A stretch of 64,000 nt of DNA, from the NCBI GenBank assembly GCA_964537395.1, contig CAZIBN010000001.1, forward strand, positions 986 to 64,985. The letters run 5' to 3'. This DNA is from an uncultured Elusimicrobia bacterium. GTDB lineage: Bacteria; Elusimicrobiota; Elusimicrobia; UBA1565; UBA9628. Numbering within the stretch: the first letter of the stretch is position 1; every line of letters begins with the position of its first letter. Positions 49,854-56,662 of the stretch are shown piece after piece. Under the pieces are notes generated by a model that was not told the origin of the DNA, did not search any database, and saw nothing but the letters and a program-made list of their open reading frames with translations. The position numbers were made by a program, and so were the translations under genes.

Positions 49854-50830
49854 TTTCCGCCGACCTCTTCCCACTGGTGAAGCCGCGAGACGATGTTCGG
49901 ATCTTCAGCGAGGCGTTCGATGAACGCCTCGACGCGCGGGCTCTTCCAGGCGGTCTGGAACTGGGCCCAGACCTGGCCGAGCGTGTCGGTCTTGAGGTCG
50001 CCGCAGGTGAAGGGCAGGGCGTTGATCAGCTTGACCTTGCCGTTGGGCAGGATGATGAACAGCGCGGCGGGGTTCTCGAGGCGGTAGCGGAGCTCCTCGA
50101 GCAGGCCCATCGAATGATAATAAACCCGCATCTTCCCCGCGTACTCGTCGCACTTCAAGCGCAAGGTCTCGAAGAACTCCGGATAATCGGCCTCATCGGG
50201 AGCCGTGATGGCCCAGGTGCGCACCGCGTTGCCGGTGAACATCAGCTTGCCCGTGTAGAACGAGTAGGCGCCGATGCTGTGCGCCAGATCGACGGCCGCG
50301 CCGATCTCCTTGATGTTGAACTTGGCGGGCACGAAGTTGATCTCGATGGGCACGCCGGCCTCGCGCAGGTTCTTGATGCCATCGAGCGCCGATTCGAGGC
50401 GGCCGTGCACACGCATCTTGTTGAACGAAGCGGGGGTCGCGCCGTCGAGGGAAACCTGGACAGCCTTCACGCCGAGGTCCTTGAGCTTCTTGCAGTTCTC
50501 CTTCGTCAGGTAGTGCCCGTTGGTCTCGATCTTGAGGCCGACGCCGCCGTTGGTGATGCGCTCCACCATGCCGAAGAAGTCGGGGCGCACCATCGGCTCG
50601 CCGCCGGAGAACGAGACGTAGGGCACCTCGCTCTTGATCAGCTGGTCGATGATGCCGTAGGCCTGCTCGGTCGTCAGCTCGTCCTTGAATGCCTTGCCGG
50701 GGCCCGACTCCTCGATGCAGTGGAGGCACGCCAGGTTGCACTCGTTGGTGATCTGCCAGGCCACATAGAGGGGCGCGGCGAGATCCGAGGTATTCTGCTG
50801 TTCAGGAACGACGGCGGTTTCGGGAGCCAT
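49850..50830 (-). CDS. Radical SAM enzyme, PqqE/MftC-like, no SPASM cysteines (rSAM-A)
   Basis: CNLACLHC, SGGEPM, IETNG, LPFTCGDLKTDTLGQVW. AGAGG SD. Confidence 0.85.
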   Translation of the reverse strand: MAPETAVVPEQQNTSDLAAPLYVAWQITNECNLACLHCIEESGPGKAFKDELTTEQAYGIIDQLIKSEVPYVSFSGGEPMVRPDFFGMVERITNGGVGLKIETNGHYLTKENCKKLKDLGVKAVQVSLDGATPASFNKMRVHGRLESALDGIKNLREAGVPIEINFVPAKFNIKEIGAAVDLAHSIGAYSFYTGKLMFTGNAVRTWAITAPDEADYPEFFETLRLKCDEYAGKMRVYYHSMGLLEELRYRLENPAALFIILPNGKVKLINALPFTCGDLKTDTLGQVWAQFQTAWKSPRVEAFIERLAEDPNIVSRLHQWEEVGGK

Positions 50831-50838
50831 GTGACCTC

Positions 50839-51279
50839 TTATTCGATGATCAGACCTTTTTCCTTCAGCTGCGCGAGGAACGACTCGGCTTCCGCCGCCA
50901 TCTTGCCGGTGGGATCCTCGAACTTTTCCTTGAGCTTGGCGACGAGATTGCCGGACTCCGCGCCCGCGATGACCTCGCGCACGACGGCCGCGCCCGTGGG
51001 GCTCAGCGTGTACACCTTCTCGGAGCGCGTCTCGAACAGCACCGCGCCGAACTTCTCTTCCCGGAACTTCACGAATGGAGCAAGCTTCATGATTCCCTCT
51101 CTGTGGGCGACGAGGCAGGAGTTCGCGTCCCAGGCCTCGCGCGCCGCGATCTCTTCGATTTCAAGACGAACCTTACGCTGGGTCGCCGCGTCGGCGGGGT
51201 CGGACTGGGCCGCCTCCGTCTCCGAGACGACGAAGTCGCCGCTTTTCCACGACTTGCGCAGCAGCGCTTCGTACGACAT
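50839..51279 (-). CDS. PqqD/MftB-like peptide chaperone with 63-aa N-terminal extension
   Basis: C-terminal 83 aa: PFVKFREEKFGAVLFETRSEKVYTLSPTGAAVVREVIAG...FLAQLKEKGLIIE. TAATG overlap with the upstream gene. Internal ATG at 51090 has a GAGGGA SD-like sequence. Confidence 0.7.
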   Translation of the reverse strand: MSYEALLRKSWKSGDFVVSETEAAQSDPADAATQRKVRLEIEEIAAREAWDANSCLVAHREGIMKLAPFVKFREEKFGAVLFETRSEKVYTLSPTGAAVVREVIAGAESGNLVAKLKEKFEDPTGKMAAEAESFLAQLKEKGLIIE

Positions 51280-52226
51280 TAAAATTCCCTCTTGGCCATG
51301 ACTTCGACGAAGAAGCCGAGCTCGGAGGCTTCCGCCTTGCAGGGCAGCTTCTTGATCATGGCCAGCATCGAGTCGGTGAGCTCCCTTCCCTTCTCGCGCG
51401 TCTTCTGGATATGGCCCCGCTCCTTCAGGAGCTTCGCGATCCTGGCCGCGTCGGGCTTGGGCTCGTTCCACAGCGCGAGGAAGTCCTCGCGGGTCGCCGG
51501 GTCCTGAACCGCGTAGATGCAAGGCAAGGTCAGCTTGCGGTTCGCGAGGTCCTGGCCCTCGTCCTTGCCCGAGACGCGCTCGGTCAAAGTGTAGTCGTGT
51601 ATGTCGTCCACGATCTGAAGCAATATGCCGGCCGCGCAGGCGAGGCGGGGCGGGTCGCTTTGCTCGTGAGGGAAAGGCGATAGCTCGGACAGCACCGCGC
51701 CGGCCCACTCGAACAGGGCGCCGGTCTTGCGGGAGGCGACGCCCATATAGGCCTCGACCGTGACGACGGTCGAGCCCTTAAGAAACTCTTCCTGGAGCTC
51801 GCCGACCGTCATCTCGCGCACCGTCGTCACCAGGAGCTTGGGTGCGTTAGGGGAGATATCGATGGCCTCTTCCAGGCCCTGCGCAAAAGCGAGGTCGCCC
51901 AGCAGGAGCCCGACGGTGGTGCCGAAGATCTTGTTGGGGGTCGCATGTCCGCGGCGCAGGTCGGCCTCGTCCACGCAGTCGTCGTGGAGCAGGCTCGCGT
52001 TATGCACGAGCTCCATGGCCCGGGCGACGCCCTCGGCCTTGTCCAGGTCGACGCCCAGGGCCCCCGCCAGGAGCAGGGCGAAGCGGGAGCGGAGCATCTT
52101 GCCCGGCCGGCCGATGTGGGAGGCCAATTCCTGGCCGACGCGCCCCTCGATGCGCCGGGCGCGGCTCTCCAGTCCGGCGCGGACCCGGGTCAACGAATCT
52201 TCCACCTTTAAAAGGGAAATCGGCAT
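51279..52226 (-). CDS. trans-Polyprenyl diphosphate synthase
   Basis: FARM LLHDDCVDEADLRRG and SARM QIVDDIHDY. Confidence 0.85.
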   Translation of the reverse strand: MPISLLKVEDSLTRVRAGLESRARRIEGRVGQELASHIGRPGKMLRSRFALLLAGALGVDLDKAEGVARAMELVHNASLLHDDCVDEADLRRGHATPNKIFGTTVGLLLGDLAFAQGLEEAIDISPNAPKLLVTTVREMTVGELQEEFLKGSTVVTVEAYMGVASRKTGALFEWAGAVLSELSPFPHEQSDPPRLACAAGILLQIVDDIHDYTLTERVSGKDEGQDLANRKLTLPCIYAVQDPATREDFLALWNEPKPDAARIAKLLKERGHIQKTREKGRELTDSMLAMIKKLPCKAEASELGFFVEVMAKREF

Positions 52227-52248
52227 GGGGGCCTCAATTATACCACGG

Positions 52249-52764
52249 CTAAGCTATCGCCTTGAGTAAGGTAAGTACTTTAGGGAGAACGGCGGCTTTT
52301 TCCTGATTTCCGACCTTTCCCAGCACGAAGTCGAGGAGTCGGACGAGCTCCAGGAGCTCGTTGAGCTTTTTGCGGAAGGCGGCGGACTCCTTGTCGCTGC
52401 CGGCCTCCTTGAGGCACTCGTCGATCGCTCCGATCACCGGCTCGATCTCCCGCTTCTTGCGCTCCCTTGCGATGCGACAGCACATCGTCCAGACGTCCTT
52501 CTCGCTCGAGAAATACTCCTTCCGGTCACGCGGAAGCGAGACCCGCCGGATCAGCCCCCAGTCCACGAGGGCCCGAAGATTCATGCTGGCGTTTCCCCGG
52601 CTGACGGCCAGCTCGGCCATGACGTCGTCCATCGTGAGCGGTTGCTCCGAGATCAGGAGCAGCGCGTGCATGCGCGCCATCGTCTTGTTGATGCCCCAGG
52701 CCCCGCCCATCTGCCCCCAGGACTCGACGAATTTTTCCTTCGCGGACTTTAGCTCTGCGCCCAT
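52249..52764 (-). CDS. GbsR/MarR-type winged-helix transcriptional regulator
   Basis: MARMHALLLISEQPLTMDDVMAELAVSRGNASMNLRALVDWGLIRRV. Confidence 0.65.
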   Translation of the reverse strand: MGAELKSAKEKFVESWGQMGGAWGINKTMARMHALLLISEQPLTMDDVMAELAVSRGNASMNLRALVDWGLIRRVSLPRDRKEYFSSEKDVWTMCCRIARERKKREIEPVIGAIDECLKEAGSDKESAAFRKKLNELLELVRLLDFVLGKVGNQEKAAVLPKVLTLLKAIA

Positions 52765-53690
52765 TCGGTTTTCCCCCCGTCAAAATGACGTTTCAGCTCG
52801 TTGTGGTACTCGAGCCCGATCACGTCCGCCGAAGCGTCCAGCCAGGCCTTGAATGAGCGCCGTCCGGTCGCAGGCCGCTTCGATCTCAAGAGGCCGCGGG
52901 TCAGCCCATCGACCTCCTCCTTCGTGAGCACGACGTCGCCCGTCAGCAGGCCCAGGCCCGCCGCCAGGGCCAGCCCTAAGCCGGGGCCGACCTTGAAGAA
53001 CCGCACGCGTCGTCCGATCCGCTCCGCCACCAACCGAACGAGGTCCCCGTAGGCGTAGACCTCCGGTCCGACCGCGTCCGAGGTCGTGTTCCCATCATCC
53101 GCGCCCGCCGCGACGGCGAGATCCGCCAGATCCTCCACCGCGATGGGCTGGATCGGATAGCGGCCGTCGCCGATCACCGCGAACGCCGGAAAGCGGCGCA
53201 GCATCCACGCGATATTGTTGATGAGCACGTCATAGCCGCCGAAAAGCACCGTGGGCCCGAGGATCGCGTAAGACGGTCCGGCCGCCTTCAGCGCCTGCTC
53301 GACCTGCCCCTTGCCGCGATAGTAGGGAAGATCGGAGGCAGGGTCCGCGTTGGCGATGCTCACCTGCACGATGCGCCGCACGCCGGCCTTCGCGGCCGCC
53401 TGGAAGAGGATCTCGCTGTTGCGGACGGCTTTCTCATGCGTCATGGCGCCGTGGGCGAAGCGGACCCAATAGTTATTGTAGAGGGTATCCGCTCCCCGTA
53501 AAGCCTCGACCAACCGATCCGGCCGGGTGAAGTCGAGCGGATAGGCCGCGACGCGGTCGCGCAATGGCGAGGGGCGGTCGGGATGCGCGGTCAAGGTCGC
53601 GACCCGGCGGCCCGAGGCGAGAAGCCGCTCGGCGATATATCCGCCGGAGTAGCTGAAAGCGCCCGTGACGACGTCGAGCGGAGCGGTCAT
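52749..53690 (-). CDS. NAD(P)H-binding NmrA/atypical-SDR-like protein
   Basis: VVTGAFSYSGGYIAERL Rossmann motif. GGAGG SD. Confidence 0.7.
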   Translation of the reverse strand: MTAPLDVVTGAFSYSGGYIAERLLASGRRVATLTAHPDRPSPLRDRVAAYPLDFTRPDRLVEALRGADTLYNNYWVRFAHGAMTHEKAVRNSEILFQAAAKAGVRRIVQVSIANADPASDLPYYRGKGQVEQALKAAGPSYAILGPTVLFGGYDVLINNIAWMLRRFPAFAVIGDGRYPIQPIAVEDLADLAVAAGADDGNTTSDAVGPEVYAYGDLVRLVAERIGRRVRFFKVGPGLGLALAAGLGLLTGDVVLTKEEVDGLTRGLLRSKRPATGRRSFKAWLDASADVIGLEYHNELKRHFDGGKTEWAQS

Positions 53691-53773
53691 GAATAAGCCT
53701 CCATTTCCGTATTTTCAATTATTTCTGAAAGTACTGTACATTGAAAAGAGCCCCCCGTCAAGGCCCTCCTCCA

Positions 53774-53802
53774 TTGACGCCGCCGCGGGCCGCTTCTATA
53801 CT
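53774..53802 (+). promoter_or_regulatory. Sigma-70-type promoter TTGACG-17-TATACT
   Basis: -35 at 53774..53779 and -10 at 53797..53802. ATG 53810 lies 7 nt downstream. Confidence 0.6.
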
Positions 53803-53809
53803 CCTTATG

Positions 53810-54508
53810 ATGCGCCCTGAACGGATACTGGTGGTCGAGGACGATACGGGCTGGATCGAGCTGCTCAAGCTCTGGTTTGCCGGCGCCGGCTACTCGCAGG
53901 TGGAATACGCCGTGACCGGCGCGCAGGCCCTGGAGATGGGGGTTCAGCGCAAGCCCGACTGCGTCCTGCTCGATTTCGGGCTGCCCGACCAAAACGGCTG
54001 TGAGGTCTGCGCCAAGATGCGAGCCATCCCCGACCTCGCCCGCGTCCCGGTAGTCATGTTCACCGCCCACGGCCGGGAAAAGGTACTGGGCCTGGAGAAC
54101 GGCGCGGACTATTTCGTCGGAAAATCCGAGAGCTCGCGCGAGCTGATGGCCACCCTCGACGCGCTGTTCAAGCGGGCGCAGCACGCGCTCGGCGTGCTCA
54201 ACCACGGCGAGGTGAGCCTGCGCGCCGAGGACCGCCAGGTCCTGTGGAAAAACCAGCCCGTCGCCGCGCTGACCCCGAAGGCCTTCGCGCTGTTCCACAT
54301 CCTGGTCGAGCGCGGCCCCCAGCCCGTCTCGCGCGAGGACCTGTACCGGATGGTCGAGGGCGTCGAGAACCCAGGTCTATCGCGCGCGCTCGATGTGATG
54401 CTCAACCGCCTGAAGAAGGTCCTGCCCAAGGAGCTCGCCGAAAGGATCGTTAATGTGAAGAATTTCGGCTATTGCTTCCTTGAGGATCGGCGAGTAACAA
54501 AGCTGTAA
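53810..54508 (+). CDS. OmpR-family response regulator (REC + winged helix)
   Basis: ILVVEDDTGW...LLDFGLPDQNG..., C-terminal LTPKAFALFHILV...FGYCF. Alternative ATG at 53807. Confidence 0.85.
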   Translation: MRPERILVVEDDTGWIELLKLWFAGAGYSQVEYAVTGAQALEMGVQRKPDCVLLDFGLPDQNGCEVCAKMRAIPDLARVPVVMFTAHGREKVLGLENGADYFVGKSESSRELMATLDALFKRAQHALGVLNHGEVSLRAEDRQVLWKNQPVAALTPKAFALFHILVERGPQPVSREDLYRMVEGVENPGLSRALDVMLNRLKKVLPKELAERIVNVKNFGYCFLEDRRVTKL

Positions 54509-54530
54509 CGCCGCGTAACACAATGGTGAA

Positions 54531-54559
54531 TTTACAGTAAACATTTCGGCTGTTAGACT
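54531..54559 (+). promoter_or_regulatory. Promoter TTTACA-17-TAGACT (TG-extended) feeding the riboswitch
   Basis: -35 at 54531..54536 and tgtTAGACT at 54551..54559. The predicted TSS is about 54566, just before riboswitch P1. Confidence 0.5.
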
Positions 54560-54568
54560 CCTATGGCA

Positions 54569-54670
54569 GTCGCTGACCGAGAAGGGCACACCCGGAGAAA
54601 TCCGGGGCCGCAAAGCCGACGGGGCTAACGCGCGAGAGCGCCAAGCTGGCCGGGCCGCCGAAACGGTGAC
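54569..54670 (+). promoter_or_regulatory. c-di-GMP-I (GEMM-I)-like riboswitch
   Basis: GGGCACACC-CGGA-GAAA-UCCG-GGGCCGCAAAGCCGACGGGGCUAA matches the GGCAAACC...GNRA...ACGCAAAGCC..CGG..CUAA core of the Vc2-type aptamer. A second hairpin CGCGC-GAGA-GCGC follows. Closing P1 is GUC..ACCG / CGGUGAC. Confidence 0.7.
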
Positions 54671-54681
54671 TCCAAACCGAA

Positions 54682-55524
54682 ATGGTTAAAGGAGTCTTCC
54701 GCCGAGTCGTCCTCGCGATGATGTTCATCGCCGCTTTCGCCCCCTTGGCGCGGGCCGCCGAGGACATCAAGGACATGGCCAAGGCCATGTCCATCGCCGC
54801 CGCGGGGCGAAAGGTCAAGCGCGTGGCCGTCGTTCCCTTCACCGCCCCCCGTGGCTCCGCCTCGTTCTCCGGCGCGGTCGTCTCCGAGCGCCTGGTCATC
54901 CAGATCCTCGCCCGCGGCGAGCTCGACCTCGTCGAGCGCGGCCAGCTCGACAAGATCCTCGAGGAGCAGCGCCTGGGCGTCTTCGGCATCATGGACCAGG
55001 ACACGGTCAAGACCCTGGGCAAGGTGCTCGGCGTGGACGCGATCCTGACCGGGACCATCGTCGAGCTGAAGGGCGAGCGCGTCGAGATCAACGCGCGCCT
55101 CATCCACACCGAGACGGCGCAGGTGCTGGCCGCGGCGACCGTGAGCGTGGCCAAGGATTGGGAGGAGCGCGCCATCGGAGATGACGCGTCGACCTGGATC
55201 GTCCCTGTCCCCGACCTGGGCGACGAGCCGTTCAAATCCGGCGCCTCGTGCCAGTCGAGCGTCGACGAGGTCGAGCGCCGCATCCTCGATTTCAAGGCCC
55301 GCTACTGGGCCGAGCGCCTCAAGGACCCCGCCTTCTCCATACGCTCGCTCAAGCGCAACCCGGGCTCCGAGATCGCGAACACGGAGACCAAGCGCCAGTT
55401 TTTCCTTAAGCTTCACGAGCGCTACGACGCCCAGGCGCGCACGCCGCTGTCGCCGTCGGAGCAGGCGGCGCTGGCGAAGGGCTTGCAGGAGATCAAGATC
55501 TTGTCGGCGCTGTGCGAAGGATGA
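54682..55524 (+). CDS. CsgG/FlgO/LpoB-like secreted protein
   Basis: Signal peptide VVLAMMFIAAFAPLARA. VAVVPFTAP...ERLVIQILARGELDLVERGQLDKILEEQ...LGVDAILTGTIVE. Confidence 0.6.
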   Translation: MVKGVFRRVVLAMMFIAAFAPLARAAEDIKDMAKAMSIAAAGRKVKRVAVVPFTAPRGSASFSGAVVSERLVIQILARGELDLVERGQLDKILEEQRLGVFGIMDQDTVKTLGKVLGVDAILTGTIVELKGERVEINARLIHTETAQVLAAATVSVAKDWEERAIGDDASTWIVPVPDLGDEPFKSGASCQSSVDEVERRILDFKARYWAERLKDPAFSIRSLKRNPGSEIANTETKRQFFLKLHERYDAQARTPLSPSEQAALAKGLQEIKILSALCEG

Positions 55525-55541
55525 GAATTCGAGGAGGAGTC

Positions 55542-55982
55542 ATGGACATGCGAGCATTCGGGCTGGTGGCGGTCGCGGTGCTGGCGGGCTGCGGGGGCGT
55601 GACGCGGCGCGTGCATGGCGGGACGGTGGACCGGGTCATCGATCAGAAGCCGGTGCGAGGCGCCTACATCGAGGCCATCGGCATCGGCGCGTCCGATCCA
55701 GAGCTGAAGACGGACACCCAGCGCATGGCGCTGGCCCGCGATGCGGCGATCGTCAAAGCGCAGTACGAGCTGCTGTCGATGATCAAGGGCGTGGCGCTCG
55801 AAGGCGGCATCACCGTCGAGCGGGCGCTCGAGGCCGACTCGAAGCTGTCGGCGCGAGTCAACGACACGATCCGGGGAGCGGAAATACACAAGTCCGAGTT
55901 CACCGCCGACAACGGCTGCGTCGTGACCTTGAGGCTTCCCAAGGCTGCGCTCGAGAAGTCGCTGGGGAGCCGGCTCCAGTGA
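55542..55982 (+). CDS. LPP20-like lipoprotein
   Basis: AGGAGG SD, lipobox VLAGC, ALARDAAIVKAQYELLSMIKG. Confidence 0.6.
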   Translation: MDMRAFGLVAVAVLAGCGGVTRRVHGGTVDRVIDQKPVRGAYIEAIGIGASDPELKTDTQRMALARDAAIVKAQYELLSMIKGVALEGGITVERALEADSKLSARVNDTIRGAEIHKSEFTADNGCVVTLRLPKAALEKSLGSRLQ

Positions 55983-56662
55983 GGCGGCTATTGATCGCGG
56001 CCGCCCTGGCGCTCGGGGCCTGCGCGCACGGCGGCCCGCGCACGAAGGTCGTCGAGACCGAGGGCTTCGCGCCGGTTGATTCGCGCGGCCTCGCCGACGC
56101 GCGGGACAGGGCGATGGGCGACGCGCGGCGTCGAGCCGTCGAGCGGGTCGCGGGCGTGTCGCTCGAGTCGACCTCGCGCGTCGAGAACGCCATCACGCAG
56201 GAGCAGCGCGTGACCTCCAAGAGCAAGGGCTTCGTCGAGGCCTCCGACTCCCTCGGCGAGGAGGTGCGCGACGGCCAGGTAAGGGTGCGCGTGCGCGCGC
56301 GCGTGCGCGAAGGCGCGGCCCCGTGGACGACGATCGCGCTCAACATACCGGACGGCCCGTTGGCCGCCGGCGTGGCCCGCGCCTTGCGCGAGAAGAAGAT
56401 CGAGACCGGCCGCGGCCGGGACGCGGCCGAGCTGACCGGCACGTCGCATACCATGGACCTGCCCACGAGCCTCATCGCGGGCACGATCGCCGTGCGCGCC
56501 AACGCGTCCCTGACTTTGCAGGGCGAGGGCTCCCCCCTCCACGCGTCGGGCGCGGCCTCAGGGCTCGATCCGGACCGCGACGGCGCCGCCGACAAGGCGC
56601 TCGAAGCGGCCGGCTACCGCGCCGGCCTCGAGATCGCCGCCGCGATGACGGCGAAGGACTAG
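55979..56662 (+). CDS. Lipoprotein (LPP20/FlgP-like N-terminal region)
   Basis: GTGA overlap start, lipobox ALGAC, ARDRAMGDARRRAVERVAG. Confidence 0.55.
   Translation: MRRLLIAAALALGACAHGGPRTKVVETEGFAPVDSRGLADARDRAMGDARRRAVERVAGVSLESTSRVENAITQEQRVTSKSKGFVEASDSLGEEVRDGQVRVRVRARVREGAAPWTTIALNIPDGPLAAGVARALREKKIETGRGRDAAELTGTSHTMDLPTSLIAGTIAVRANASLTLQGEGSPLHASGAASGLDPDRDGAADKALEAAGYRAGLEIAAAMTAKD

Noticed and set aside
46892-52226. Interpretation as a canonical PQQ operon or as the futalosine/menaquinone (MqnC/MqnE/MqnP) pathway
   Set aside because: There are no PqqB/PqqC-like genes, and the peptide lacks the E-x3-Y pair. The rSAMs resemble PqqE/MftC N-termini rather than the CofG/CofH-like Mqn enzymes, and a PqqD-like protein plus a peptide gene are present. 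A database search is still needed for certainty.
55181-56662. 493-aa plus-strand ORF as a single gene
   Set aside because: The first about 266 codons run out of frame through the CsgG/FlgO-like and LPP20-like genes and are Arg-rich nonsense. Only the part from GTG 55979 (lipobox LGAC) looks coding.
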